Both the position numbers and the translations under genes were made by a program. DNA of 56,045 nt from Bdellovibrionota bacterium (lineage in GTDB: Bacteria > Bdellovibrionota_C > UBA2361 > OMIW01). Positions 7,735 to 18,681 of the stretch are shown here, in pieces. The notes beneath the pieces were generated by a model. The model searched no databases, had not been told where the DNA came from, and saw only the letters and a program-made list of their open reading frames with translations. The number at the start of each line of letters is the position of its first letter. Position 1 is the stretch's first letter. The stretch lies in contig JBIJBT010000006.1 in the NCBI GenBank assembly GCA_044345055.1, positions 1 through 56,045 on the forward strand, in the 5' to 3' direction.

Positions 7735-9537
7735 ATGGCTCCGACTGAAACCGTTCTGAAAAATAGCCTTGAAAGCACGAAACGCATAGTAAAGGGGTTT
7801 CTGTTAGCCTCATGTATGTTGGCTTTTTACGCCATACCTGATGCAAATGCACAACCTGTGGTATGCCCAACTGGGATGGACAGTGCTGTCATGTCGGTTG
7901 CCGCTGAGTGCTTAAACGATACAGCCTCTTTCGACACTCGATGTTTGAATGCGCCAAATTTTAATGGTTGGAGGTATGCGGTTGATAATTGGTTGGATGG
8001 AGTTTCTGGATCGACATTAGGCACAAGCTATGAAATGCACGGAATCGCGTTGCAGGAAACCGGTACGGAAGTATTAGTCGCAATCGTAGGAGCGATGCCG
8101 TTAGCTGGAATTTCGGAGACCGCCTTGAACGGTTCAATCTCGTGGGGTGACCTTTTCATTAACTTCACTAATACGCCGCTGTATGAGGCGAGTGCCCTCA
8201 ATAAGTTGACGGCGGTTCGTTTTGCCCCGTCAAACGATTCTGGAGTTTTCAGTCTCGGCGTATATCGGGACGTTTCGGCAAAGAGTGTCTCAGCGTCGAA
8301 TTTAGGTTTTGCGACGTATGCAGACTACCAGAGCAGAGTTACAGCGCTCGGCGGTTCCGCTGCATACGGGCCGTCATGTAGTAACGTCGCCTTGGACATA
8401 AATTATTTTGGCTCTTCTTTCAGCTTGAATGTAATTAATTCTGGATCATTCGCGGGGCCGATAACTCAACTGACGGTGGATCAGCTCATTGCTCGGGGGT
8501 TTGACCCATCGAGATTTCCAGCATCTGCCATAGTCCACGGTTTTTCGTTCGCCCGCGAGCTTATTACAACCGCAGCGTGGTGCGTAACTCCAACGCCAAC
8601 CCCTACTGTTACTCCGACTCCGACTGCTACTGCGACACCAACCGCAACTTCGACGTGGACCAGTACTCCCACCGCTACTGCAACCCCCACTGCAACTGCA
8701 ACGCCGACAATTACTCCTACGGCGACATCTACCCCTACATCCACGGCAACGGCGACGGCTACCCCTACAGCTACTAGGACAAGCACCCCAACGGCAACTG
8801 CCACCGCGACATCAACAAGTACATCTACTCCGACGGCCACAGCAACTGCCACCGCGACTGCGACCGCTACTAGGACAAGTACTCCAACAGCAACCGCGAC
8901 ACGCACTAGCACGCCAACCGCGACTGCAACAAGCACTCCGACGGCTACCCCTACAGCTACTAGGACAAACACCCCAACAGCAACTGCAACCGCAACGCCT
9001 ACTGCCACTTTGACTCCTACACCAGCGGCGACAATTGCTCCTTTCCAAACTCCAAATCCTTCACCGACAGCAACTCCAGCGGCAGTGTGTACTTTCGTTA
9101 AGCCGACGACAGAAATGAGAAATATTGCCTCGAACTTGACAAGGACTGCGGCTCGAATCGGTGTATATTGGACCGCTGATATGAAACGGGCTAGTTTGAA
9201 CAAAAATTGTAAGCCTTATTCATCGTCATCTCGGGCAGTAGTTTCGAAATCCTATCAGCGACGAGTTCAGCGAGAAGTTAAAAGCCGAATATTAAAATCA
9301 ATTAAGGTATGCAGCGCCTCATGTATAAGTCTGAGCTTCAAAAATGAGGTCAATGGAATCAAGGCGATTTTGAGAGACTATGCGAACGAGGCTGCAAAGC
9401 TTGCTCGCTCGGTAGTTAAGTGCTCGGGTTCCGGCGGAGCTGGAGATCCGGCGCCGACCCGTAGCTCTGAACAGCTCTCTAATCTCATAAATAAGGTTCG
9501 AGATTTAAAGACGACCTGCCGAGTTTGTCCAAAGTAG
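7735..9537 (+). CDS. Secreted surface protein: signal peptide, globular domain, Pro/Thr/Ala-rich linker and basic Cys-containing C-terminal domain
   Basis: Signal-like [24 protein letters not shown]; globular region GWRYAVD...YEMHGIAL...[10 protein letters not shown]...[10 protein letters not shown]; about 165 aa of TPTAT repeats; GAGG RBS upstream. Confidence 0.8.
   Translation: MAPTETVLKNSLESTKRIVKGFLLASCMLAFYAIPDANAQPVVCPTGMDSAVMSVAAECLNDTASFDTRCLNAPNFNGWRYAVDNWLDGVSGSTLGTSYEMHGIALQETGTEVLVAIVGAMPLAGISETALNGSISWGDLFINFTNTPLYEASALNKLTAVRFAPSNDSGVFSLGVYRDVSAKSVSASNLGFATYADYQSRVTALGGSAAYGPSCSNVALDINYFGSSFSLNVINSGSFAGPITQLTVDQLIARGFDPSRFPASAIVHGFSFARELITTAAWCVTPTPTPTVTPTPTATATPTATSTWTSTPTATATPTATATPTITPTATSTPTSTATATATPTATRTSTPTATATATSTSTSTPTATATATATATATRTSTPTATATRTSTPTATATSTPTATPTATRTNTPTATATATPTATLTPTPAATIAPFQTPNPSPTATPAAVCTFVKPTTEMRNIASNLTRTAARIGVYWTADMKRASLNKNCKPYSSSSRAVVSKSYQRRVQREVKSRILKSIKVCSASCISLSFKNEVNGIKAILRDYANEAAKLARSVVKCSGSGGAGDPAPTRSSEQLSNLINKVRDLKTTCRVCPK
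8584..9080 (+). repeat. Degenerate in-frame tandem repeats encoding a Thr/Pro/Ala linker
   Basis: TPT/TAT/TRTSTPT units; the 28-mer acggctacccctacagctactaggacaa is identical at 8755-8782 and 8941-8968. Confidence 0.9.
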
Positions 9538-9701
9538 ACGTTGAGAATAAATAATTATTCGAGGAGGCATATCTCTGGACTTATTCTCGAAATCCTCCTC
9601 ACTTTGCGGCAAAAAAGACAAGGGCGTTGAATCAGAAGATCATACGGCGCTCTTATTAGATTAGGGGTAATTTCCTTTAGTGAAGAGTTATTGGGCCCCA
9701 C

Positions 9702-10997
9702 GTGACTATTCCTCATTGGCCGCCATTTAGCCGTTTTCACGAGATAGTGCCAGGCCTTGAGCGCATGCAGTTACTTCTGGATGCTCTCGGCAATCCAGAG
9801 CGCCGATTGCCGCCGGTAATCCACGTTGCTGGCACAAATGGAAAAGGTTCCACGATAGCCTTTTTACGATCTATCTTTGAGTGTCAAGGATATTCAGTTC
9901 ATGCCTATACTTCGCCGCATCTGATCTCCTGGAATGAGAGGGTCGTTCTTTCAGGAGAAATAGTGCCGGAAGCTGAACTTTTCGAAGCGCTTGAAGAGTG
10001 TCGCCGCGCGGAGGCAAAATCTGGTATCACGGTGAGCCATTTCGAGGGATTTACCGCAGCGGCGTTGTTGCTTTATTCAAAACGTACTGCTGACGTCACT
10101 CTGGTGGAGGTTGGTCTCGGAGGGCGCTATGATGCAACGAATGTATGTCCCGAGGTGCTCTGTTCGGTTATTACTCCAATAAGTTTTGATCATCAGGAGT
10201 TTCTTGGAGATTCGCTCGAATCGATCGCTTGGCATAAATCTGGTATAATTAAGGGAAGTGGTTCATGCGTTGTCGCGCCGCAGACTAAGTCAGTCAGTGG
10301 CGTTTTGCGAAAAGAGGCAGATAAAGCGGGGGTGCCTCTTTTTGATGCCGGCGGTGCGTGGAATTTTACGACTTCATCGGAAAGTTTGGTTGTTTCGGGC
10401 GATTTGTGTGGGAAGCGGTTTGAGGAGGTTGTCCCGCTACCGACATTGAAGGGGACTCATCAACATACCAATGCGGCGGTTGCGGTGGTTACCTGTCATG
10501 CTCTTGCTGATTTCCTTCCGACCAGCGTTGAATCTCGAAGAAAGGGAGTCTTAAAGGCGACCTGGTCGGGTCGTTTGCAACGGCTTGAGGGTCGCGAAAT
10601 TGCTGAAAAGTTTCCTCCTCGATGGGAACTTTTGTGTGATGCGGCTCACAATGTGGCGGGAGCAGCGGCTATAGGAGAGTGGCTTGCCTCAGAGGAGAGG
10701 AAGCCGATGATTTTGGTTGCCGCATGCTCTCGAAATCGCTCCTTGCGTCAGTTGCTCAATGAGCTGCCCCTTGATGATCTGATTGCTCTTGTGATTTTTT
10801 GCGGAACGATTGATGGTGTTGCTCTTGGGCCCGGAGAGGATCCAATCAAGATTCTGGCTCCAGTTTATCTGGAGTCATCAGTTGAGGCCGCGATGTCGCG
10901 TGGCTCTCAGATAGCACGTACAGCTGAAGAGGGTCGTCTTATCGTGCTCGGTTCGCTGCACCTTGTCGGAACAGTTTTAAGGAGCAATAGCGTGTGA
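9702..10997 (+). CDS. folC: Bifunctional folylpolyglutamate synthase/dihydrofolate synthase
   Basis: IHVAGTNGKGST, YTSPHL, EVGLGGRYDATN, DAAHN and GSLHLVG. Confidence 0.93.
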   Translation: MTIPHWPPFSRFHEIVPGLERMQLLLDALGNPERRLPPVIHVAGTNGKGSTIAFLRSIFECQGYSVHAYTSPHLISWNERVVLSGEIVPEAELFEALEECRRAEAKSGITVSHFEGFTAAALLLYSKRTADVTLVEVGLGGRYDATNVCPEVLCSVITPISFDHQEFLGDSLESIAWHKSGIIKGSGSCVVAPQTKSVSGVLRKEADKAGVPLFDAGGAWNFTTSSESLVVSGDLCGKRFEEVVPLPTLKGTHQHTNAAVAVVTCHALADFLPTSVESRRKGVLKATWSGRLQRLEGREIAEKFPPRWELLCDAAHNVAGAAAIGEWLASEERKPMILVAACSRNRSLRQLLNELPLDDLIALVIFCGTIDGVALGPGEDPIKILAPVYLESSVEAAMSRGSQIARTAEEGRLIVLGSLHLVGTVLRSNSV

Positions 10998-11611
10998 ATC
11001 GACAGCAACGCCCTTTCATCGTGATCGATAATTATGACTCTTTCACCTTTAACGTGGTTGCTCAGTTTCGGTGTCTTCTCAGCGATTTCGCCCCGCTGCT
11101 CGTGTTTAAAAATGATGAAATTGAAGCCTCTGATCTTTTTGTTCAAAATCCACGGGCGATAGTGCTCGCACCGGGTCCTGGAGATGAACGAGCTGGAGGA
11201 ATATCGCGTGAATGTCTTACCTTAGCAGCTTCTCGGCGCATACCTGTGTTAGGAGTTTGTCTGGGACACCAAATTATTGGAGCATGGAGTGGTGCTCGAG
11301 TTGTTCGGGCGCGGTATCCTTTTCATGGTAAGACCGCTGCGATTGAGCATACAGGTTGCGGTATATTTGAGAGGCTTCCTCAACCGTGTACCGTCGCTCG
11401 CTATCATTCACTCGTTTTGTGCCACACGACCATGCCTGAGCAGCTCGTTGTTGATGCTCGAACCGAAGAGGGCGAAATTATGGCGATACATCACTGTGAA
11501 TATCCCTTTTTTGGGGTTCAATTTCATCCAGAATCATTTCTCAGCGAAGATGGCGATACGATAATTTCTAATTTCATTAATATTGCGCTCAACAGTCTAG
11601 CGTGCGCATAG
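10994..11611 (+). CDS. pabA: Aminodeoxychorismate synthase component II (class I glutamine amidotransferase)
   Basis: IDNYDSFTFN, PGPG, GVCLGHQ, RYHSL and GVQFHPES; GTGA overlap with folC; folate-pathway context. Confidence 0.85.
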   Translation: MNRQQRPFIVIDNYDSFTFNVVAQFRCLLSDFAPLLVFKNDEIEASDLFVQNPRAIVLAPGPGDERAGGISRECLTLAASRRIPVLGVCLGHQIIGAWSGARVVRARYPFHGKTAAIEHTGCGIFERLPQPCTVARYHSLVLCHTTMPEQLVVDARTEEGEIMAIHHCEYPFFGVQFHPESFLSEDGDTIISNFINIALNSLACA

Positions 11612-13062
11612 TCGATGGTATCCAAATACCTCATCTCACAAACCAAATCACTATGAAGTGCTCCCTGATACGTTGCTCGAAAATAGCTCTTTCCGATTGG
11701 TCGTCATCTCGGATTGTTGAAGCTCTTTCTGTTCAATTACCCGCGATTTTTTTATCCGAGCGATATGGTTCCAGAGATATTCAATGGCTTTTTCTTGATT
11801 GTGTTGGAGGTGTTTATCTGCGAAAACCGGCCGAGATTGATTGTCTAAATCAAGAGTGCAGGTCAGCAAGTGGAATTTCGCCCACTGATTTTTTTCGCCT
11901 AGTAGACGAGGTGGCCGAAAACTTTTCTGAGCCGATCCCTTTTATCTCAGGGTATATGAGTTACGAGGCGCTGATGCATCATCATCGCGTTCTATCTCCG
12001 AGTCGACCTGATGGAATACTAGGCTGGTACGGTCTCTTTGAGACCGTAATTCGGATTTCGGGAGAAGAGGTTAGGGAATGTAAACTCTCGTTCACCGAAA
12101 TTGGAGAGGAATGGCTTAGTAAAGGGGAAAAGGTAATACTTTCAAATTCTGGAGAGGCTCCAATTTCGCGGGCCCTATTGAGAGATGAAATTCAAGCATC
12201 GCTTCGATCTGAAAATCCAATTCAGTCACTCACTCATCTGCTGGATAATATTCCCTCAGCATCGCGGGTGCCTTATCGAGAGCGAATACTCGGCATACAA
12301 GAACTTATTCGCTCTGGCGATGTGTATCAAGCAAATCTTTCTCTTCATCTGAAAGTGGAAGGTGCGCTCGATCCTGTTTCTACTGCTAAATGGCTGCTCG
12401 GAGGGGGGCGCGCAGCACAGATGGCGATGATGAGCTTTGATAAAAGAATAATTGCGAGTGGCTCACCAGAGCTATTTTTAAGAGAAGAGGAGACAAAGCT
12501 TGTCTCTGCTCCGATAAAGGGGACGCGACCTCGATTAGGTTCGGATGAGGAAAACGTTCGTGCGATAGAAGAGCTTAAAAACTCAACCAAAGATAGGGCT
12601 GAGCTTGCGATGATTGTTGACCTTGTTCGTAATGATCTTAATCGGGTCTGCGAGCCCGGAACGGTCGTTGTAGAGAATCACGGAATGATTGAAGCTCATC
12701 CATCAGTCTATCATACAGTAAGCACTATTTCGGGCCGAAGGAGCGGCAATACTACAACTGCGGATGTGTGGGATTCTCTTTTTCCTGCAGGCTCAATCAC
12801 CGGAGCTCCGAAAATTGCGGCAATGCGGGCTATCGCGCAGTCGGAGTCACACTGGCGAGATTGTTATTGTGGTGCTATCGGATACTTTGGTGGAGGTAGG
12901 AGTAACCACCACAACGTCGCCATCCGCACTATATCGAGTGAGGAAGGTGTTGTGTCTTTGTGGGCTGGGGGAGGTATTACAATTGATTCCGATCCAGATC
13001 AAGAATATCAAGAGTGTCTCTGGAAATTGATGCCGAGTTTGCAAATAGTGACCGCAGCTTAG
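11602..13062 (+). CDS. pabB: Aminodeoxychorismate synthase component I
   Basis: GDVYQANLS, SPELFL, PIKGT (Lys typical of PabB; TrpE has PIAGT), MIVDLVRNDL and PAGSITGAPK; start could be 11653. Confidence 0.87.
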   Translation: MRIVDGIQIPHLTNQITMKCSLIRCSKIALSDWSSSRIVEALSVQLPAIFLSERYGSRDIQWLFLDCVGGVYLRKPAEIDCLNQECRSASGISPTDFFRLVDEVAENFSEPIPFISGYMSYEALMHHHRVLSPSRPDGILGWYGLFETVIRISGEEVRECKLSFTEIGEEWLSKGEKVILSNSGEAPISRALLRDEIQASLRSENPIQSLTHLLDNIPSASRVPYRERILGIQELIRSGDVYQANLSLHLKVEGALDPVSTAKWLLGGGRAAQMAMMSFDKRIIASGSPELFLREEETKLVSAPIKGTRPRLGSDEENVRAIEELKNSTKDRAELAMIVDLVRNDLNRVCEPGTVVVENHGMIEAHPSVYHTVSTISGRRSGNTTTADVWDSLFPAGSITGAPKIAAMRAIAQSESHWRDCYCGAIGYFGGGRSNHHNVAIRTISSEEGVVSLWAGGGITIDSDPDQEYQECLWKLMPSLQIVTAA

Positions 13063-13087
13063 TTGCTCGTAGTTTTTACCAGACTGG

Positions 13088-13948
13088 GTGCTTTGGAGAT
13101 TAATTGTGTCTTATAGTGATAAATTTGTTCTGTTTAACAGATCTCCATTTCGAGCCGATGGGCCTGTTTTACCTGCCTCAAGCAGGGCAGCGCGATACGG
13201 GGATGCTATCTTTGAAACGGTTCGGTTGGCACGCGGCGGTCCAATCTGGTGGGAGCTTCATCGAGCACGACTTCTTGCAGGTGCGGACGCGCTGCGTCTT
13301 GAGGTCGATATCGATGCATTAGAGGCCGACATTAAGACGATACTTGATCTGAATTCCGTCATTGCCGGTTTGGTAAGGATCTCTGTATCGCGAGCGGGGG
13401 GTGAGCGGGGCTACAAACCGCGATCGCGGATGAGTGATACTCTTTTAGAGACCATTGAGTGTAATGAGATAAAATGGGAAGAACCGTTAAAAGTGGGTAT
13501 TTCAAGCTATAAAAGGCCATCCCCGGCGGCTCTTCCTCCGGGTTGCAAACTTGCGCAGGGTTTGACGAGTACTCTTGCTGGAATAGAGGCTCAGGAATCG
13601 GGATACGATGATGCTATCCTCCTCTCTGAGGATGGTTTTGTCAGTGAAGCAACCTCGGCAAATATTTTTTGGCGAAAGGGTTCTAAGCTCTACACTCCCT
13701 CTCGCGAGTGTGGCATTGTCGATGGAGTCTTGCGACAGCGCATAATTGAACAACGATCGGTTGACGTCGAGCAGGGAGCATATTCACTCGAAGATCTCCT
13801 CTCTGCCGATGAAGTGTTTATGACGAATGTGGTGATAGGGGTACGGTCGATAAGAGAGATTTTCGTGGGGCCCGAACGCCATTACTTCTATTCAACGGAA
13901 GCTGCAAAGAAAAGTTTTCGTGAAAACGTTTCGATTGATGAGGGTTGA
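13088..13948 (+). CDS. pabC: PLP-dependent class IV aminotransferase-fold protein, probably 4-amino-4-deoxychorismate lyase
   Basis: YGDAIFET, LHRARL, EATSANIFW, GIVDGVLRQ and ADEVFMTN; follows pabAB. Confidence 0.78.
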   Translation: MLWRLIVSYSDKFVLFNRSPFRADGPVLPASSRAARYGDAIFETVRLARGGPIWWELHRARLLAGADALRLEVDIDALEADIKTILDLNSVIAGLVRISVSRAGGERGYKPRSRMSDTLLETIECNEIKWEEPLKVGISSYKRPSPAALPPGCKLAQGLTSTLAGIEAQESGYDDAILLSEDGFVSEATSANIFWRKGSKLYTPSRECGIVDGVLRQRIIEQRSVDVEQGAYSLEDLLSADEVFMTNVVIGVRSIREIFVGPERHYFYSTEAAKKSFRENVSIDEG

Positions 13949-13997
13949 AAAAAAAGAGGCTGGGATAGTGGGCGATAGCCCGTGAATCATCGATATA

Positions 13998-14840
13998 TCA
14001 AGCTGAATGTTTTCGCCAAGCCCCAAAACAATCCATTGATTTTCGCAAAATAGCCTGTTCGATCCTGCCCTTTGATCGAGCGGGAGTGGGAAGACGGACG
14101 ATAAGATTTAGTCGATCAGGTTCTGGGATCTGAAGGGTTACTCGAACCTCGACAGGGGGCATGTTGAGCGCTTCATTGATCGCAAGTCGATTTAGGTGGG
14201 CGCGCGCCTCTTCAATATATGGTGCAGACGCTTCTTCCGCTGCAGCATGGAGACACCTCTCGAGTTCTCGCCAATCAGCCGAGATCGGTACGGGAACTGA
14301 GAATACGTGAAGAACGAATTCGTTTGTAAATGTTTCGTTGATAAAAGCGTTCCCGACAAAAAGACTATTCGGAAGAACAACTTTTCGGCCGGTATATTGT
14401 TGAGTGAGCTGACCTGGTCCTATCTCGATGATCGTTGTGGCGAGTAGATTTACATCTATTACGTCGCCTCGAAATCCTCCTACCTCAATTCTATCTCCAA
14501 CCGAAAATGCCCCGTTGAGCCGAATCATTATCGTCCCGCTCAAACACAAAATAAGCTCTTTTGTCGCAATTACCATCGCAACCGCGATACCGACGACTGA
14601 GAGAGCAAAAGCTTTTAGTTCGGGTCTCCAGATGGTAAAGAGTCCGCCGACAGAAAGCGCAAGGAAAAGATTTCGGGTGTTGACGAGGAGTGCTCTTCGG
14701 CGCTCGGGCGTGAGTGAACGTCGGGTTTTTATGAAGGTTGCTGAGAGAGTTCTTAGTCCAATAAGGGTTAGAATCAGAGCGATAGAGGCGAGTTCAGGGT
14801 TTTTGGAGATAATTGGTGGCAATAAGGAGTAGCGGGGCAT
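13998..14840 (-). CDS. MscS-family mechanosensitive ion channel
   Basis: Three hydrophobic helices followed by FSVGDRIEVGGFRGDVIDVNLLAT and VVLPNS. Confidence 0.85.
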   Translation of the reverse strand: MPRYSLLPPIISKNPELASIALILTLIGLRTLSATFIKTRRSLTPERRRALLVNTRNLFLALSVGGLFTIWRPELKAFALSVVGIAVAMVIATKELILCLSGTIMIRLNGAFSVGDRIEVGGFRGDVIDVNLLATTIIEIGPGQLTQQYTGRKVVLPNSLFVGNAFINETFTNEFVLHVFSVPVPISADWRELERCLHAAAEEASAPYIEEARAHLNRLAINEALNMPPVEVRVTLQIPEPDRLNLIVRLPTPARSKGRIEQAILRKSMDCFGAWRKHSA

Positions 14841-15007
14841 ACGAAATCCGGTAATTTAAACTCAAACGCTACCTCGTTAGATGCTTGTCGCGTCAAAAAG
14901 GTGTCTGGTGGTTTTTTGAAAGTATGGGCCGATAAGAACACAACGCGAGCGAGTTTTAAAAGGTGAAATTACCGTGTTCTTTAGATTACTTGGCAAGTGT
15001 CATCCAT

Positions 15008-16873
15008 TCAGCCCCGCTCGGCCTCCCGAATTGCAGCGACAAACTGCGCTCCATACGTTGCTAACTTCGCCGCACCAATTCCCGGAATAACTGATAACTC
15101 ATCTTTGCTGCGGGGCCGCTCTGTTGCCATCATCCGAAGCGTTGAATCGTGGAATACCATATATGGCGGTATTTTCTTTTCTTGAGATATGCGGAGACGT
15201 ACTGCTTTTAAATGTTTTAAAACTGCTGCATCTGAAGATGATATATCACGTTCGATCGTACTTGGGATTCGCTTCGTCTGTTTTTGAACCCGCCCGCTCG
15301 TTGTATCAACACGAAATGATACTTTTTTACTACCTGATAGAACAGGTCGGGATAATTCAGCTAGTTTAATAGCTCCAAAATCGGCGTGATCGACCCGAAG
15401 GCATTGGAGTGCTATTAATTGCCGAAAATAAGAACGCCACTCCCTCTTCGGGACATCGGAGCCGATTCCAAATGTTGAAAGAACATCGTGACCAAATCGT
15501 AAGACTTTTTCGGTTTTTTCCCCGACAAGAACATCTATGATATGAGCGATGCCGAATCGTTGATCACAACGATATACGCACGACAGAGCCTTTTGTGCGA
15601 GTGTGGTTCCATCGATACTTTTTGGGGGATTAAGACAGGTATCGCAATTGCCACAAGCTTTGCCGTCATCGCCAAAATAGTTTAGCAACACCTGGCGGCG
15701 ACATCGAGTTGTCTCGCAAAATCCAAGAAGCGCCTCGAGCTTTTGTCGCTCGATCATCTTCTGGTTTTCCGGTGCGGTCGATTCGTCGATCATCCTAAAT
15801 AGCTGGACGAGATCCCCCGTACCATACACCATCCATGCGGTTGCTGGATCTCCATCGCGGCCCGCGCGCCCAGTTTCCTGATAGTAAGCTTCAATACTTT
15901 TGGGAAGATCAAAATGAGCGACAAACCTGACATCGGGTTTATCGACCCCCATCCCAAATGCAACGGTCGCCACCATGATGACACCTTCCTCGTCCATGAA
16001 TCGAGCTTGATTTTTAGATCTCTCCTTTGGTGTTAAACCTGCATGATAAGGAAGTGCGGAGAAGCCCTCTTTTGAGAGCCATTCCGCAACTGTTTCAACT
16101 CGTCGCCGAGAGAGACAATACACAATCCCGCTGGCATCTTCCGGTTGTCTTTTTAGAAAGGAGAGAAGCTGATTGCGTGGATTCTCTTTAAGAACAACTT
16201 CGTATCTGATGTTGGGACGATCAAATCCGCTAATACAGATCGTCGGTGAGCGCAGCTGCAAACCGGTGACTATATCGCTCCGTGTTGCCTCATCTGCTGT
16301 TGCGGTCAACGCGATGCGCGGCACATGCGGAAAAAAATCACCCAAAACAGAGAGTCTTCGATATTCTGGTCGAAAATCGTGTCCCCATTGTGAGACGCAG
16401 TGGGCTTCGTCTATCGCAATGAGCGATATCTGAGCCTCCTGCAATATCGCAATCGTTCCATCAAGAAGGAGTCGTTCGGGCGAAATATAGAGCACCTTCA
16501 ACTCCCCCCGCAGGAGCTCACGAATGGTATCGCCATTTTCAGCTGAGGAATTCCCCGAATTAAGAGCTGCTGTTGCAACTCCCCACTCACGGAGTGCGCG
16601 TACCTGATCATTCATCAGTGCGATAAGGGGAGAGACAACTATCCCTGTTCCACTCGACGCAAGCGCAGGTATTTGATAGCAGAGCGATTTGCCGGTACCT
16701 GTAGGCATAATTGCGACAACATCTTCGCCCCGCATGACGGCATCAATGACCTCCTGCTGATGGCCACGAAATCGCTGATACCCAAATATCGTGGTGAGCA
16801 CGTCATGTGGTGTTCTGTATTGATGGAGGGGTCGAATCTCACGATTAGGATTGTCGGGACTATCTACTGTCAT
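15008..16873 (-). CDS. recQ: ATP-dependent DNA helicase RecQ
   Basis: [37 protein letters not shown], Zn-site Cys residues (CRR...CGNCDTC), RQC and HRDC domains; ATG at 16873 chosen because the longer ORF overlaps waaF. Confidence 0.95.
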   Translation of the reverse strand: MTVDSPDNPNREIRPLHQYRTPHDVLTTIFGYQRFRGHQQEVIDAVMRGEDVVAIMPTGTGKSLCYQIPALASSGTGIVVSPLIALMNDQVRALREWGVATAALNSGNSSAENGDTIRELLRGELKVLYISPERLLLDGTIAILQEAQISLIAIDEAHCVSQWGHDFRPEYRRLSVLGDFFPHVPRIALTATADEATRSDIVTGLQLRSPTICISGFDRPNIRYEVVLKENPRNQLLSFLKRQPEDASGIVYCLSRRRVETVAEWLSKEGFSALPYHAGLTPKERSKNQARFMDEEGVIMVATVAFGMGVDKPDVRFVAHFDLPKSIEAYYQETGRAGRDGDPATAWMVYGTGDLVQLFRMIDESTAPENQKMIERQKLEALLGFCETTRCRRQVLLNYFGDDGKACGNCDTCLNPPKSIDGTTLAQKALSCVYRCDQRFGIAHIIDVLVGEKTEKVLRFGHDVLSTFGIGSDVPKREWRSYFRQLIALQCLRVDHADFGAIKLAELSRPVLSGSKKVSFRVDTTSGRVQKQTKRIPSTIERDISSSDAAVLKHLKAVRLRISQEKKIPPYMVFHDSTLRMMATERPRSKDELSVIPGIGAAKLATYGAQFVAAIREAERG

Positions 16874-16962
16874 CTCATCAATCGCTAACGGTAAGTTGAA
16901 ATGGTGGTGAGGGAGGCTGTTTTGAATCTGAGGAATTGTAGAGATTATATTGAGCAATCTTG

Positions 16963-17961
16963 CTATGGAGCAATTACCGATGCGACTGCTTCCATAACGT
17001 GAAGCGGGGTGATTCGGGCGAGTGCGGCGCGCGCTTCGGGGCAGTCGCGGGGCACACTTCGCGAGCGGCGTTCGCTCTTTTGGAGGACGCAGCTTCGTGA
17101 GCCGAGCGGGCCAGTCTTTGTCGGATCGGTGATACCAAAGATTGCAACTAGTGGACGCCCAAGAGCCCAAGCCATGTGCATTCCACCGCTATCGTTTGAA
17201 ATTAGCGCCTGACACGATTCCATCATTCCCAACCCTTCGAGAAACGAGAGCGCTCCTGCAAATGACCATGCTCTCCCACCTATGCCATCGGCTATCTCCT
17301 GACAAAGTTGCCGCTCGTTCCCTGCCCCGAGAACAACTATAGAACCACCCAGCTCGGCTTGAAGCATCTTGCCCGTTGATATGAAGGACTCGGTTGACCA
17401 ACGTTTTGAGGGGCCTCGCGCCGCGCCAGGAAGTATCCCAAAGAGGGGCGCTTCGGCAGAAACCCGATCGAGTCGCGAAAGTATCTCCCGTATTCGGTCA
17501 CGGGTCAGATCGGGCACCGTTATCAGTGAGCTATCTTCGAGCATTTCCTCCGGTACACCGAGCAGGGTGGCGTAATCCCTTGATAGGTGTTTTGGTGGAT
17601 GAGTCGGATCAACGACATCGGTCAAAATTAATGAACGCCAGTGACCTCGCGCCCCCCGTCTGACCGGAATGCTGGCAGTAAATGGTATAAATGCCCCGCG
17701 CCACGAGTTCGGGAGAACTATGCACCGCCCAAAATCATGAGGCCGAAGCAGCTCGCGACTCTTTAGGGTCGCGGAGAGGGTTGCTGGGATTTCTATTAGT
17801 GGGAGAGGGACTGAAGCCACGCTCCAGATTGAGCGTACCGCTGGCTTACACAGGCCGACTACTGAATCGGGAGGGGAGCTTTTCACCAACGAAGCGACCG
17901 CCGGCATCGCCATAATACTGTCGCCGAGCCAGTTCGGAAGGTGAATAAGGGTTTTTTTCAT
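16963..17961 (-). CDS. waaF: Lipopolysaccharide heptosyltransferase II (GT9)
   Basis: [25 protein letters not shown] and NDSGGMHMA...FGITDP. Confidence 0.85.
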   Translation of the reverse strand: MKKTLIHLPNWLGDSIMAMPAVASLVKSSPPDSVVGLCKPAVRSIWSVASVPLPLIEIPATLSATLKSRELLRPHDFGRCIVLPNSWRGAFIPFTASIPVRRGARGHWRSLILTDVVDPTHPPKHLSRDYATLLGVPEEMLEDSSLITVPDLTRDRIREILSRLDRVSAEAPLFGILPGAARGPSKRWSTESFISTGKMLQAELGGSIVVLGAGNERQLCQEIADGIGGRAWSFAGALSFLEGLGMMESCQALISNDSGGMHMAWALGRPLVAIFGITDPTKTGPLGSRSCVLQKSERRSRSVPRDCPEARAALARITPLHVMEAVASVIAP

Positions 17962-18273
17962 TGTCACTGTTCAGCAAAAACGGCCGACGAGCGTTCGTCG
18001 AGTCAAAACACACGAATTACCGCAAAATTGACTGTATTTTAATGCCTCTTGATAACAAGAGTCAAAAATATGCTGAACAGGAACTTTTTGTTATCGCCTC
18101 GGTCGCAGGAAGCGCAAAAGATCTTCGGTATGAGCACGAGGATAGGGCTCTTCTGAGCAAAAATATCTTGAATTCGGACGAAATTAGCTTGAGGACTATA
18201 AATCTTCGGGGAATTTAGTGTTGAGAGAGGAACGACCAACAACGAAACCTGAGAAAAACCGAAAAAAACGAAA

Positions 18274-18369
18274 GTTTATTCGGGGCAGGCCAACTCTTTC
18301 GACTGCTTTCAACTATTTGCAGATTCGAAACAGTTGGCCTACCAAAAAAACCTAAAAAAACCGATAAAC
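18274..18369 (-). other. Large intergenic RNA hairpin (terminator or structured RNA)
   Basis: Nested inverted repeats: AGGCCAACT/AGTTGGCCT, TTTCGA/TCGAAA, CTGC/GCAG, plus outer GTTTATTCGG/CCGATAAAC; followed by U-rich runs on the minus strand. Confidence 0.6.
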
Positions 18370-18681
18370 CGAATATTGTGGTCGCTCCGAATGTTCCCAT
18401 TATCTATTGGACCGCTAAGCATCATCCCATCGATAGCTATCTATCAGATTACAATCCTCCCGGTGGAAACGTTCGCAATTACCGCTCTTACAACCTACTA
18501 ATGGTGATCATATCGACACTGCATTTTAATTTCTATAGATTTCGCACCTATTTTTCTAAAAAAATGTTTGGACTATTTTCTGGCTCACCTAAATCAAGCT
18601 CACTCTTCAACAAGTTTCTAGATACAATTGGTTCTCACTCACATATTAGCGAGCAATCGAATCGTAGTGAGGTGCACAAAT

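Noticed and set aside
8584..9080. Repeats as a possible CRISPR array
   Set aside because: They are in-frame degenerate coding repeats with no repeat-spacer pattern and no cas genes.
8481..9203. 240-aa Val/Ala/Gly-rich minus-strand ORF
   Set aside because: It is the antisense shadow of the Thr/Pro/Ala repeat, which lacks stop codons on that strand.
10994..13062. trpG/trpE (anthranilate synthase) assignment
   Set aside because: The PIKGT motif and the folC/pabC context favour pabA/pabB; no other trp genes are present.
16874..17170. 99-aa N-terminal extension of RecQ in the ORF track
   Set aside because: It overlaps waaF in another frame and has no RecQ-like content; ATG 16873 is the more plausible start.
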